Shown: in pieces, positions 49,460-60,379 of the stretch | Layout of the letters: the number at the start of each line of letters is the position of its first letter | Numbering within the stretch: position 1 is the first letter of the stretch | DNA from: an uncultured virus (IMG/VR IMGVR_UViG_3300043080_000080) | Taxonomy: Duplodnaviria > Heunggongvirae > Uroviricota > Caudoviricetes | Direction: 5' to 3' (one strand) | Length of the DNA stretch: 64,000 bases | Virus record (IMG/VR): IMGVR_UViG_3300043080_000080 | Notes under the pieces: model-generated | The model's input: only the letters and a program-made list of their open reading frames with translations | Databases searched by the model: none | Told to the model about the DNA's origin: nothing | Made by a program: the position numbers and the translations under genes

Positions 49460-50701
49460 TCAAGTAGTGGTACTCGTAGTATCCTCTGTAACAGTACTAT
49501 TATCAAGCAAATCAGAAGCATATTGTTCCATGCAATAGATAGCAAATGGAATCAGATAATACAACTCTGAATTGCTCATAAAGTCTACATGATTAATCTG
49601 TTTTAATATATCAGACGTAATAGATTCTCCATTGAAATAACCAATGATGATATTCTTTAATACGTTATCAGTCTGCTCATTATCCCTAACCTTTTGCATA
49701 AATGCGGGATCATCAAATATATCAATAAGATGAAATTTAGGATGGATGTTGTCATACCTCATTACATAATAATCTTGAGGATACGCGTATAATAGAGATA
49801 GCCTCTGCTGGCATAACTCTAGATTACCAATATGACGACATTCATGTTTCTCAGAATCTTTATCCTCTAATGCAGAGAAGAATGATCTATCATAATCTAT
49901 GCCAAATGTATTTGATAAATATACTTGCTGGTCTAGGTGTATATAATTAGTAGCTCCATCTAAGACATTGTTTCTTATTAAAAACTCAATCAGGAATGGA
50001 TCATATACATTTAAAATACCATTTCTAACGTATGAGAAAGATTGAATTCTGGCATTATAAAATAACTGGATATAGTAATCCTTAAGCATTACAGTGTATC
50101 GCTCAATCTCAGATACTTCAGAAGAAGTACTCTCTTCAATCAAACAACCGTAATTACTACCATAATTATCAATAGAGAAATTATATGTCTTTACTACTTG
50201 AGGTTCTATATGCTCTACTCCATCTGTAGAGTTAAGAGAATAGTTTATCCTATATAGAGTAGCCCCAGTATCAAGCATATTAGGATTAACAGATGTTACT
50301 TTGAATAGATACTTCTCTCCTAGAGTTTCTAGAACAAAGAAATCATATGGGTAAGGAATTATAGTCTTAGGAAGAACTATGGCGTCTCCCTGAACGTCAG
50401 ATCCTTCAAGACCAAAATCACTAATCTCTAATGCTGGTTCTATTTTATTTACTCCATATAAACAGAATCCATTTATCTTGTTATATCTCAATGGACTTTC
50501 TGGAGATATCTCTGCATAGTTACCTCTAGTGGATTCATCCAGTGTAGTCATGGTAGTATTTAAATTATAGTATGTTGCTTTAGATACACTAGCATTATTA
50601 AACAAATAATACGGGTTGTTATACAATGACTTAGTATTGTCTAATAACAAGCTAGGCATCTGGTTCTTCATACTAGAAGTCTTAATAAATCTACCTGCCA
50701 T
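49460..50701 (-). CDS. putative virion structural (neck/head-tail type) protein
   Basis: AAAGGAGG RBS, late motif 50727-50738, IIPYP.DFF pattern; inference. Confidence 0.45.
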   Translation of the reverse strand: MAGRFIKTSSMKNQMPSLLLDNTKSLYNNPYYLFNNASVSKATYYNLNTTMTTLDESTRGNYAEISPESPLRYNKINGFCLYGVNKIEPALEISDFGLEGSDVQGDAIVLPKTIIPYPYDFFVLETLGEKYLFKVTSVNPNMLDTGATLYRINYSLNSTDGVEHIEPQVVKTYNFSIDNYGSNYGCLIEESTSSEVSEIERYTVMLKDYYIQLFYNARIQSFSYVRNGILNVYDPFLIEFLIRNNVLDGATNYIHLDQQVYLSNTFGIDYDRSFFSALEDKDSEKHECRHIGNLELCQQRLSLLYAYPQDYYVMRYDNIHPKFHLIDIFDDPAFMQKVRDNEQTDNVLKNIIIGYFNGESITSDILKQINHVDFMSNSELYYLIPFAIYCMEQYASDLLDNSTVTEDTTSTTT

Positions 50702-50807
50702 GTAAATCCTCCTTTCTTGCGGTATTTACTCTGATGTTGCGAAATAGCATGTTTGAGCAAAAAATAAAAACAAGATTGGATGGAGGGCGATTGCTCGCCC
50801 TCCGTCA

Positions 50808-51860
50808 TTACTCTCGTATTACTCTAAAAGAATCTGTTATTCTATTTGATGGAACTCCGTAATCTTTCTCTCCATTAAATGTATTCCTATGAATATAGAT
50901 ATCTGTAGGGAGCATTCTTATATTCCTTAAGACTTTAAAATTAAATTCATTATCAGAAACATCTTTGTCAGGATAGAAATGAACCTCATAGTTGATTATT
51001 CCTGTCTCTAATAATACAAATTCTAATGCTTGGGAATATGATTTACCACCACATGCAATATAAATACTCTGTTTAGGATCTCCATTATTGAGATTAAAGA
51101 ATATAGAGAGTATATCAAACTGTCCTTCAGCAATGTGTATCCTCACTGGCGTTGTATCTAATACATCAACCTGTGAAGGTATAACATAGAAGTTCTTAGC
51201 ATCATCTGGTTTATTGACCAGACTATAATTGATATATCTCTTGTTGATGGATTGATGAAGCTCTACATCAAAACACTTGCGCATACCGCAGTATGAGTTA
51301 TCATAGGATATAAACCCAATGAAGTATTTATCTAGAGCATCACATATTAGTTTATGCCTAGTGAGTTCTAGATTGTTAGTTTGAATAATATCGTATAGGT
51401 TTAAGAATATCTTTACGGATGCCAAATCAGCATACGTAAGATTAAGCCCTAAGCGGTTATTGATGTAATCAAGCTTAGATTGATTAGTTGGTTCTTTTCT
51501 AATAAGATTCCATCTAAGAGGGTAGATGTTAATCTTCTTTAGAGATTTGTACTTTGGTAACGCTAGTACTTCTCTATTGTGTTTAATAACCTCTACTAGA
51601 ATATTACTATCAGAACAACCAATCTTTCTAAGAAGACTATCATCCACTAGTCCATGGGCTGAGCATCGCTTACAATGGTACAACGATAATTCATCTTGAG
51701 ACTGTGGTACGCTCATATAGAAATGAGCATGTCTTGGATTAGATGAATCTCCACAGAATCTACATCTTAGAACTACTTCTTTTCCTCCAGAAGCACTCTT
51801 AGCATTTGGATCTATGGTCTTTACCATATTGATAAAGCTTTGCCCTACAAGATTAAACAT
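50808..51860 (-). CDS. DNA primase (Zn-binding + TOPRIM)
   Basis: RCRFCGDS..H...YHCKRC; IAEGQFD; YPDKD; KDYG. Confidence 0.85.
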   Translation of the reverse strand: MFNLVGQSFINMVKTIDPNAKSASGGKEVVLRCRFCGDSSNPRHAHFYMSVPQSQDELSLYHCKRCSAHGLVDDSLLRKIGCSDSNILVEVIKHNREVLALPKYKSLKKINIYPLRWNLIRKEPTNQSKLDYINNRLGLNLTYADLASVKIFLNLYDIIQTNNLELTRHKLICDALDKYFIGFISYDNSYCGMRKCFDVELHQSINKRYINYSLVNKPDDAKNFYVIPSQVDVLDTTPVRIHIAEGQFDILSIFFNLNNGDPKQSIYIACGGKSYSQALEFVLLETGIINYEVHFYPDKDVSDNEFNFKVLRNIRMLPTDIYIHRNTFNGEKDYGVPSNRITDSFRVIRE

Positions 51861-52996
51861 TAATCATCACTACTTTTTGGTTTAGTTTTCTTTGTTTTTG
51901 GAGACTCAAAATCATCTCTTATCTGAGCTTTATACCAATCTTCCATCCATGAATATCCTGTTACTTTAGCTTCAGATGATAACAATGGTTTTCTAATGTC
52001 AATAGTGTCGCCCTTGTCAAAGATGCAAGTCTTAGTCTGGAATCCTGCAGCGTGGATATGACCTCCGCCGCCAAGATTATCAATCTTACCAAATATTTTA
52101 GCAAGATATGCGCAATCAACATCCTTCTCTGTAGCACTGAAGATACTGTACTTCCAGATATGATTATTGGTGTGTATAAATGATAGTACAAAATCATATT
52201 TGTTAATTAGATCTCCAAATACTAGAGAGTTACCACGGACATTCATCGCAAACCCAATATAAGCTCTATCTTGAACATCATCGACAACCTGTACAGGGAA
52301 TCCACATGCTTTAACGCTCTTCAAGTTTGTAGTAGCATTATATTCCTGTACTTTAGAGCCAGTATCGATCATGCGGGCAATGAACTCTGCCTCTTTTTTC
52401 TGCTCATCATCCCCATACATGAAGATATTGAAGCATATATCATTGAATACTTGAGTGCGGAAGAAGTTCTTTGCCGTATACTGTAAACCATTGATACCAT
52501 AATCGAAAGCTATAGTGTCAGGCATATTCATCTTCCAGCAATCATAAGAGTCAATATACTTGACCACCTCTGGAATTACGATAGGATTTATATTCTTGAT
52601 AAGTTTGTCATAGATGAACTGATACGACAGGTACGTAGCGCAATAAGATGTATCAATCTTATAGTGGAAGTTCTCTAGCCTAATGCTATCAACCATGATT
52701 AGTTTATCAAGAACATCAACAGATGTTGCATGATGGTCAATCCAATACACTTCATAACCACCATTGATCAGATCCTTGAAGTATTTGAGATTATCCTCAG
52801 AAGAGAAGGAGTAATCTACGAATACCACAATATCATCTTTATAGATCTTCTCATTCAGATGAGCTCTGTAATCGATCTCGTGCATGAAATACATGGATAC
52901 ATCATCACGATACCGGTTAAAATACTCGTACCATAATCCTCCGGATGCTCTACCATCCAGATCGTTGTGATGAAAAATATGAACTGCCTTTGCCAT
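51860..52996 (-). CDS. DHH/DHHA1 phosphoesterase
   Basis: HHNDLDG, VDYS, WIDHH, GGGGHIHAAGF. Confidence 0.92.
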   Translation of the reverse strand: MAKAVHIFHHNDLDGRASGGLWYEYFNRYRDDVSMYFMHEIDYRAHLNEKIYKDDIVVFVDYSFSSEDNLKYFKDLINGGYEVYWIDHHATSVDVLDKLIMVDSIRLENFHYKIDTSYCATYLSYQFIYDKLIKNINPIVIPEVVKYIDSYDCWKMNMPDTIAFDYGINGLQYTAKNFFRTQVFNDICFNIFMYGDDEQKKEAEFIARMIDTGSKVQEYNATTNLKSVKACGFPVQVVDDVQDRAYIGFAMNVRGNSLVFGDLINKYDFVLSFIHTNNHIWKYSIFSATEKDVDCAYLAKIFGKIDNLGGGGHIHAAGFQTKTCIFDKGDTIDIRKPLLSSEAKVTGYSWMEDWYKAQIRDDFESPKTKKTKPKSSDD

Positions 52997-52998
52997 TT

Positions 52999-53298
52999 TT
53001 ACTTTTCCTCCTTAAGTGTTACATTGTTAGATTGATTTGGATAGCCTATATGAAGATCTACACCTACAGCAGATGCATATCTTATAAGACTTCTTAGCGT
53101 TGGAGAGGATTTCTCTCCATTCTCGATATTCGAGATACATGATTCTGATAAACCAGTAATCTCGCTTAACTGTTTCTGAGTAATATGCTTTGCTTTTCTT
53201 GCATCTGCAAGTTGCATTCTCAGTAGTTTGTCTGCTATCATTACATCAGTATTGCTTACTGATGGTAATTTAGACGTTACATTTGTTTTAACGCTCAT
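52999..53298 (-). CDS. XRE-family HTH regulator
   Basis: ARKAKHITQKQLSEITGLSESCISNIENG..SPTL; GGAGG RBS before MSVKTN. Confidence 0.9.
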   Translation of the reverse strand: MSVKTNVTSKLPSVSNTDVMIADKLLRMQLADARKAKHITQKQLSEITGLSESCISNIENGEKSSPTLRSLIRYASAVGVDLHIGYPNQSNNVTLKEEK

Positions 53299-53365
53299 AT
53301 ATTTTCCTCCAAAACTTCCGCCAGGTGAGCATGACACTCACCTGGCGAGGGTGTAGTTTTAGTAT

Positions 53366-54934
53366 TTAAATATTAGAAATGAAGAACATGAGCTCTTCAT
53401 TAATAATGTCATTAATCATTGGGACTTGTACACCATCAAACTGTCCTGGTTGTCCGGCTGCTTCATCCCAATCAATAATCTCAAATGTTGAAGATATAAT
53501 AGTCCCGATAAAGTCCCAAATCCTCTGCTCTATCTTTGGATTATTATACTTTTGCTTAATCTGCTCATACAAAGATGAGTTCTCAATCCTGATTGTATCC
53601 TTCTTGTTTATAATCTTTCTACTTGCGGTTCTGATAACCTTGGAAGAAATTATATATGGAAGAATAGTCATTCCAGATTTGAGAAGAATTCTCTTAGCTG
53701 CAATGACTAGTTTAATATAATCAGTTTGATTCTTAATAGAGTTTATAGTGATAGGATCACCAAACTCTTTATCATACAGATAGCCAATAAGTTGACGCTG
53801 AAGACTGTTGATTACAGGCGACCCATCCCTCGTGAGTCTTTTTCTGTAATGCTCAATTTCTTCATCGCTAAATGGGCCGTACATTTGCTCGATCTTACGT
53901 ACGGTTTGTTCTGCTGCTACTTTGTTCATCATAGCCAAAGCTTCATCGCGCTTATTGAGTCTAGCCTCATAACGGTCATACTCGGAGTTCTGATCTTCAT
54001 CCCTACGAGAAGAGCTAAGTTTAGAGAAACTAAATTCATACGCAATGTCAGTAACTTTATATCTTAAGCACTGACGATTACTAAAGTAGTTAAAATTAAT
54101 GATATTATTATTGTAGCTGTACTTGGGCATAATCTGCAATATAATATCACATACCGAATCTTTAGTGTGTGTTGTAGGATTATTTCCCCGAATTTGATTC
54201 TTCTCCCACAACATACGGTCAGGATTCTTTGATTTATTAACAACGCTCAGCGCTGTTTCATAAATCTTGTTGTAGATGTCTATGCCTCTCTCCTGCTTGT
54301 ACTTAGTATTGCACATATCAAACAGCCTAAGCATGAATCTCTGTATATCTGCAGACTGTCTGATTCCGTGGATATACATATAGTGCGTTGCTAACGGAAT
54401 ATACATATTCATCAGCAAACTAATTTCGTACAGTATCTTTGCATGTCTATCATTAAACTGCAAGTTTGGAGTCTTATTATTGTTAGAGCTAAGGCTCATC
54501 AAATAATTATCCTCAACAAAACGAGATACGTAACGAGTGATGTTTAAATTCCTAATGATGTATCTATTCACGTCATCCATGAAACTGTCTATGGAGTAAG
54601 CCTGAAAACGGTCTATGGATAATTTTATGTGGTATAGCACCATTAGAAGTTCTTTGTCTGTGTCGTAAAACTTCTCAAAATAATTCAGATAACGACAGAT
54701 ATGGAATCTCGTTTCGTCTGAATTATAAGAGCGTTTTGTGTTCATAGCAAAATAGTTTAAAGAACTCTGTTCTTCATCACCATTGCAGAAGAAATCTGTA
54801 AATGGTAAAATTATTTCGCCTCTTACATTCCTGAATATTCTTTCTTTTTCATCTATCGGATTTTGCTCAGTGTCCCACTCGTCAACTGGTATGTGGTTGC
54901 TTTTGTCAACGAGTTGTATCATTAATTTTGCCAC
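53366..54934 (-). CDS. candidate RNAP promoter-specificity subunit (AR9 gp226/phiKZ gp68-like)
   Basis: 522-aa helical protein two genes from the chaperonin, as recalled for AR9 g226/g228; no homology search done. Confidence 0.45.
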   Translation of the reverse strand: MAKLMIQLVDKSNHIPVDEWDTEQNPIDEKERIFRNVRGEIILPFTDFFCNGDEEQSSLNYFAMNTKRSYNSDETRFHICRYLNYFEKFYDTDKELLMVLYHIKLSIDRFQAYSIDSFMDDVNRYIIRNLNITRYVSRFVEDNYLMSLSSNNNKTPNLQFNDRHAKILYEISLLMNMYIPLATHYMYIHGIRQSADIQRFMLRLFDMCNTKYKQERGIDIYNKIYETALSVVNKSKNPDRMLWEKNQIRGNNPTTHTKDSVCDIILQIMPKYSYNNNIINFNYFSNRQCLRYKVTDIAYEFSFSKLSSSRRDEDQNSEYDRYEARLNKRDEALAMMNKVAAEQTVRKIEQMYGPFSDEEIEHYRKRLTRDGSPVINSLQRQLIGYLYDKEFGDPITINSIKNQTDYIKLVIAAKRILLKSGMTILPYIISSKVIRTASRKIINKKDTIRIENSSLYEQIKQKYNNPKIEQRIWDFIGTIISSTFEIIDWDEAAGQPGQFDGVQVPMINDIINEELMFFISNI

Positions 54935-54987
54935 GAAGATAACCTCCTATCACCTGTCAGAACTATAACATACAACCAAAATAGAAT

Positions 54988-55788
54988 TTACGTCTTTTTC
55001 TTCATAGAAACTATTTTGGACTTCTTAACTGTCGAAGTTGTTTTAGTCTTGCCGGTAGTTTTGGTTTTCTTCGTTAGAGCGGCCTTAATAGATTGCTTAG
55101 CTGAAACACCTGGATTACGCTTCGCCTCTTTAGCTTTAAGCTCTTCTGCTTTCTGCTTACGCTTCTCAGCTTCAAGCTTCTCCCCGGCTTGTTGGCGAGC
55201 GACAATCTTTTCATCCGCAGGGGTAATCATTCTTAATAGGTCTTTCTTGACATACTTGGTCGATAGTCTATCAAGAGTAAGCCTACTAAACAATCCATAC
55301 TTCTCCATAGTTAGATAAGCAAAGTACAGAGACTTAACATACCAAACTTGGTTTTGTGGATTTCTGGTCTTTGCTTCTTTCTTCAGAGCTGTTTTACTCA
55401 TTACAGGAGCTAAATCATCAATGAATAAACCATTCTCTTTGAAAGAATGAGCAAATGTATAAACGAACGATGGATCATTTGAATAAAATCCAACAGCATA
55501 GGATCTAAGTATAGACCCACTTTTCTTACTTCCTACAGTAGTGTATAGACGTACTACCACATCATAATAGAATTTATCTATCGTCTCCGATGGAATTTTC
55601 ATGTAGATATAGTAGGAATCTGTTTTGTCTCCAGATTTAAACACTTTGAAATCAATCTTACCCTGTTCTCGTAATAAGATCTTATCAAACTTTTGCCTAT
55701 ACATTTCTTTATACATTTTTCGAGCTGATATCACAGACCCTCCAGAAGGATTATCTATGTATTTATCAAAGCTCATACCATCAGCCAT
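54988..55788 (-). CDS. hypothetical protein with Lys-rich tail
   Basis: 266-aa ORF, AGGTGG RBS. Confidence 0.7.
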   Translation of the reverse strand: MADGMSFDKYIDNPSGGSVISARKMYKEMYRQKFDKILLREQGKIDFKVFKSGDKTDSYYIYMKIPSETIDKFYYDVVVRLYTTVGSKKSGSILRSYAVGFYSNDPSFVYTFAHSFKENGLFIDDLAPVMSKTALKKEAKTRNPQNQVWYVKSLYFAYLTMEKYGLFSRLTLDRLSTKYVKKDLLRMITPADEKIVARQQAGEKLEAEKRKQKAEELKAKEAKRNPGVSAKQSIKAALTKKTKTTGKTKTTSTVKKSKIVSMKKKT

Positions 55789-55854
55789 AATTAAACACCC
55801 ACCTATCTAAGGATATATACTGCCACATATTACCTTTGAATTACTACTGCCAAC

Positions 55855-57558
55855 TTACTTTGCGTCAATGTACTGATTATGGGCAGGAGTCTGCACAAGG
55901 TACTGGTTGCAAGTAAACATGAGTGTTAGGATTCTATTAATAGTCTCAAGAATAACAATGTCAGACTTAATAGAAGACTTGACTGTGAAGTCATAATCCA
56001 TAGTACGGATGTTCAACGGGCAACCTTCAGTATACATGATTTCAAGGAAGGTTTCCAAGTCATTTTCTGTTGGGCAAGTAAAACTATAAAGAATTCCCAT
56101 AAGCTTGTTATAGGCATTCTTCAAGATAGGAATGATAGGGTTATTAGAGGATTCAATGCTATATAGATATCTCCATGCCATATAGTTAGCGCCATAGCCA
56201 ACACCATTAGTTGCAGCGCTCCTACAGTTAAGCACGGCATCTTCAACAGATGCTTTGAGGTTATTACGATCTGCCAATGTAATACCACCAATTAAGAAAT
56301 CTACCATATTGCCTTTGAATGAATATAGTCTACGCTTAGTCCTAGCAATCTGCTCAATACCTGCATTATCGGTAGTGGCCTTTTCAACTTGAGTCTCAAG
56401 ATAATTAAGCATAGTGTTATACAAATCTGAGTAAGACCCATCCTCGTTAAACATCTTAGCCGGATTAATAATCTTAGTCTTAAGCTGATCCGACTGAACT
56501 AACTCTGCAGAACCACAGAAGTCACAGACTGTCTCTATAGTTGGAGCTAATCCCTTTTCTACATCCTGAGCTTGAAGATCAGGATTGATATACTTCTTGA
56601 TAAATGGAGCTCCACACATTTTGGCAATATCCTCATATAGATAATACTGAGTAATGTCAGTAACCATCAACAGAGGAACTTGCCCTGGATACGCATTCAT
56701 AAGCTTAACTATAGATTCAAAATAAGAGCTAGTATCTGGAGAGATTGCTCTACCAAAAATTACAGTAGGTACAGGATTACTATTAGAACCCTGAGTGTAA
56801 TGCTGTAGGATATTGGTATAGAGAATCTTATCCAACAGAGATAACATTTCTGGTGTATCTATAGGGTCATTGAAGCAATAGATCTTAGGATTACGAATGC
56901 TAGCTCTGTTCTTTTCTTTCTCATTAACAAAGCATATATCTGTGAATCCTGTCTCTAACACCATACCATCATACTCTTTTACAAGATTATCTACCTCATT
57001 GGAGATACCTACATCAATCAGTACATCCATTCCAAATTTCTCATAGATGTTTCTGATGATCGCAGCTACATCCTCATTGTTATTGGTAGAAATCAATGCA
57101 ATGTCATAGATGTCATCCAATGTGCATTCTTTAGCCTGAGATTTAACTGCTTCGCTTACTTCAGCAACAGCTTCATTAAACAGGGCAATCACATCAGACG
57201 GGGGAAGATCTTTAATACTCTCGTCTTCGCAAAGAGCATCAAAGATAGTCTTACAGAGAATGATGGCAGAAGTGGTTCCGTCGCCAACTTCCTTAACAAT
57301 CTCCCTTGTAAGATCTGTAAGAAGATCTTGTACAGATCTCTCAATAGGATTAATGAACAGGATATTCTTTACAATGGTATGACCATCCTTAGTGTACTCA
57401 ATAGAGATATTCACACCATTCTTATCCATGTTCTTAACGATAGCCGTTGAAGATCCCTTAGGACCAAACGACTTTGTAAGGGATTCAGAAATTATACCAA
57501 GCGTATCCTTCTGGATCTGCCTCACCTTCTGTTCCGGAACTATGTTCGAGTAAATCAT
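55855..57558 (-). CDS. groEL: phage GroEL-like chaperonin
   Basis: SFGPKG, TKDGHTI, VGDGTTSA, EDAV...RSA, GVGYGA; start MIYSN (57558) or 57603. Confidence 0.9.
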   Translation of the reverse strand: MIYSNIVPEQKVRQIQKDTLGIISESLTKSFGPKGSSTAIVKNMDKNGVNISIEYTKDGHTIVKNILFINPIERSVQDLLTDLTREIVKEVGDGTTSAIILCKTIFDALCEDESIKDLPPSDVIALFNEAVAEVSEAVKSQAKECTLDDIYDIALISTNNNEDVAAIIRNIYEKFGMDVLIDVGISNEVDNLVKEYDGMVLETGFTDICFVNEKEKNRASIRNPKIYCFNDPIDTPEMLSLLDKILYTNILQHYTQGSNSNPVPTVIFGRAISPDTSSYFESIVKLMNAYPGQVPLLMVTDITQYYLYEDIAKMCGAPFIKKYINPDLQAQDVEKGLAPTIETVCDFCGSAELVQSDQLKTKIINPAKMFNEDGSYSDLYNTMLNYLETQVEKATTDNAGIEQIARTKRRLYSFKGNMVDFLIGGITLADRNNLKASVEDAVLNCRSAATNGVGYGANYMAWRYLYSIESSNNPIIPILKNAYNKLMGILYSFTCPTENDLETFLEIMYTEGCPLNIRTMDYDFTVKSSIKSDIVILETINRILTLMFTCNQYLVQTPAHNQYIDAK

Positions 57559-58258
57559 CTTGTTTGTCAACTCCTTCTTCAATAAGTTCTTCTTCTTTTT
57601 CATAAGTATAAAAATACTTAATCTTAGTAAATAAATCCATCAGCTTGATATGATTAAGATCTGCATATAATACCGATAATGGTATATTGATAGCATTCTT
57701 ATCATGCTCGAAGTTGAATTTAGCATTAGCAATATAAATATGCTTACCCTCTATGTGACCATACTTGATAGCGTCCATATAGTACTTAAGATATATTGCC
57801 GTAAACTGAGATAAGTCTATCTTTTTCCTATCGGGTTCTACTATCACATTTGATCTACATCCTAAATGCAATAAATATTGTTTCTGATCTTCTGTATCAC
57901 AACGTACAGTAATACTAACTGAAGAGGCATTATCTAAGAATGTGTTCAGTAAATAGAATGTATCGTATAATGTAGAAAAGTATCTTAGCATATCATCTTG
58001 GGTTTCAAGCAATGTTTTATACACTGGATCACTATCTACTTCAGGCATTATTACAGTCAATGGATTTATCTGCTTACGGTATAGAAATAGCTTGTTGATT
58101 TCAGTATCATCCTCCATAGAGATAATACTTTTATCAACGTATGGTGAATTAGAAAATTTTGATTTTACGTATCTAAACATGGCGATATCGTAATTAACCA
58201 AAAAATTATACTCAACTAAGAGTTCGTTATCATATTTGCCATCTTTATTCCGCATCAT
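57485..58258 (-). CDS. hypothetical protein
   Basis: 257-aa ORF in operon; 3' end overlaps chaperonin start. Confidence 0.65.
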   Translation of the reverse strand: MMRNKDGKYDNELLVEYNFLVNYDIAMFRYVKSKFSNSPYVDKSIISMEDDTEINKLFLYRKQINPLTVIMPEVDSDPVYKTLLETQDDMLRYFSTLYDTFYLLNTFLDNASSVSITVRCDTEDQKQYLLHLGCRSNVIVEPDRKKIDLSQFTAIYLKYYMDAIKYGHIEGKHIYIANAKFNFEHDKNAINIPLSVLYADLNHIKLMDLFTKIKYFYTYEKEEELIEEGVDKQDDLLEHSSGTEGEADPEGYAWYNF

Positions 58259-58313
58259 AGATGTAGCCCTCTAGTCCTTCTATGGGAGGTGTGTAAAACA
58301 CCTCCCTAGAATC

Positions 58314-59108
58314 TTACATGTTTTCAGCAATGCTGTCGAAAGATGCTGTCTCATACTCCTTTGGAATTCCATTCATACCACCATTGGAGCTGGAGTACAA
58401 AGATGAATTCCCTGAGGGAGCGAGGAATGTCTTGCTGTTGAACGGCTTAGAGCTAGTAGTTGTCTGAACGCCAACCTTTTCAGCAATGGCACGAATCTGC
58501 TCATACTGATAATTGCGCTTATACATACTTGCCTCCATGACGCTTGCAGCAACAGCATAAGAAGATGCTCTATAATACTCATCAAGAGTCATAACAAAAG
58601 TATCCAGCTCAATATCGCCGAAGATCTGAGAAGAATACTGACCATCGCTATAGTTGTATGCAGCAGAATAGGCATCTCTCTTAGTCTCATAGATAATCTC
58701 ATTTACATTACCAGACTCATCAGCATAGCTAATGGAAATGCAATAAGCATTAGAGCCATACTCACGTCCATTAGAAACTTTGAGAAGACCATTCTTAAGT
58801 TCGATGCATACATTCTTGATAGTGTCATCTTCCTGCATCTGCTTAATCATGTGTGAAAGCATATGAGCTTTCGTGTTAGATACATACACAGATACCTGAT
58901 TATCCGTATCGTATGTTGCGTATGTGTCGTTGCTTCCAGCGTTATTACGCAATGCAATACTGACCTTCATAATCTTATTGAAATAAGAGATAGAAAGTCT
59001 AGAAGCCATAATCCCAGATTCTGAATTAGAGAAAGTAATACTGGAAAAAGTGGTGTTTGTCGGTTGCTTGTCATTGTTGTTGTAGTTCCTCAATGCCAAA
59101 TCGCTCAT
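58314..59108 (-). CDS. hypothetical protein (first gene of replication/transcription operon)
   Basis: 264-aa ORF; early motif 59204-59220 and late motif 59128-59139 upstream. Confidence 0.7.
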   Translation of the reverse strand: MSDLALRNYNNNDKQPTNTTFSSITFSNSESGIMASRLSISYFNKIMKVSIALRNNAGSNDTYATYDTDNQVSVYVSNTKAHMLSHMIKQMQEDDTIKNVCIELKNGLLKVSNGREYGSNAYCISISYADESGNVNEIIYETKRDAYSAAYNYSDGQYSSQIFGDIELDTFVMTLDEYYRASSYAVAASVMEASMYKRNYQYEQIRAIAEKVGVQTTTSSKPFNSKTFLAPSGNSSLYSSSNGGMNGIPKEYETASFDSIAENM

Positions 59109-59233
59109 CTCCTTGAATTATTTTGGTTACTACTTTGTTAGGTAGTGTGTAAAAAAGAATAAATCAATAGGAGAAGCTGCAAAGCCTCTCCTATTAATAT
59201 AATCACTTCTATAATATACGATTGAATGTGTAT

Positions 59234-60379
59234 TTACAGGTCAGGATACACAACCTGGATGAGAGAATCATAAGCATTACGAATTTCTTTTTTCTTTGCT
59301 GCTTGATCTCTTATATCATACATATCTTGGAGGATTCTATAAATCTCCTCACGCTCTTCATCTGATATGTCCTCTGTAAGATAATCCCTTAAAATAGCAA
59401 TATCTGTATTAAGAGTGCGAATGATATAAAGAAGATCACTCTCTGTATTAGCACAGCGTAATCTTAAGTTTAATTCATATACATCGTTCTTAACAGAACG
59501 AATACCCTTAGCTTTGAAGTCAGCGAATTTCTTAGAGAATCTATTCTTGATATTCTCAAATACTCCTTCAATTACAGGTTCATTCATATTATTAAGAATA
59601 TTAGCAGTAAACTTAAGCTCTCTCTTTTCTAACTCAGATGCCGTCATACTCTTTGCTTTGGTAAGAGTTCTAATAGCTGGAAGTCTACGAATACTAAATT
59701 CGCTATTAAGCCTCAATACCCATGCTAATGTAAGTAGTCTATCATCTACAGACTTATTGAGATATATATCAGATCTAGAGATCTTCTGAACAGCGCTCTG
59801 TAAATAAGCGCCATAACCACAATCAATGATGAAAGAATCAGCAATAATATCGTTATTGCCAATCTTAGAGAAGATAGAACCTACTTTAGCGATAGAATCC
59901 TTCATAGCATAGGCAAGAACTTCTCTATAACTTCTATTGGATTTCAAATTGAAACACTCATCGGATTTGGTAAAATAGATATCAATCTGCTTACGGACTT
60001 CATCAATGGTATCTGTATCATAAGCAATATGACCAACCTCATAGATGAGTAATGCTGTTAACTCTTTCTCGTCAAGCATAAGCATAGGATCAAAGAGTTT
60101 AGAATCAAACTCAACAAAATATCCTGCGGGAAGTGTAGTATCTGCATCCCCCATAATACCAATCATATCATTACCATTCATTGAAGGATAAACCTTAATA
60201 CCAAAGAACAGATTATCTGTATTGGTTGTATAAATAACGCTCTTGCAAGAGCTTTTAATAAAGAATTTATTTAACTCATCCTTAACCTTAGCGAGGGTAG
60301 AAGCCGTATGATCTTCGATCATAAGAGCCATTAACTTCTCTAATAGAGAAAAATCAAATGCTTCTGCTGTCTTTTCCAT
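59234..60379 (-). CDS. zincin-like protein with degenerate HExxH (YEVGH), head module
   Basis: ELTALLIYEVGH...IADSF...GYG..L.SA..KI; AAGGAG RBS before MEKTAE. Confidence 0.55.
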   Translation of the reverse strand: MEKTAEAFDFSLLEKLMALMIEDHTASTLAKVKDELNKFFIKSSCKSVIYTTNTDNLFFGIKVYPSMNGNDMIGIMGDADTTLPAGYFVEFDSKLFDPMLMLDEKELTALLIYEVGHIAYDTDTIDEVRKQIDIYFTKSDECFNLKSNRSYREVLAYAMKDSIAKVGSIFSKIGNNDIIADSFIIDCGYGAYLQSAVQKISRSDIYLNKSVDDRLLTLAWVLRLNSEFSIRRLPAIRTLTKAKSMTASELEKRELKFTANILNNMNEPVIEGVFENIKNRFSKKFADFKAKGIRSVKNDVYELNLRLRCANTESDLLYIIRTLNTDIAILRDYLTEDISDEEREEIYRILQDMYDIRDQAAKKKEIRNAYDSLIQVVYPDL

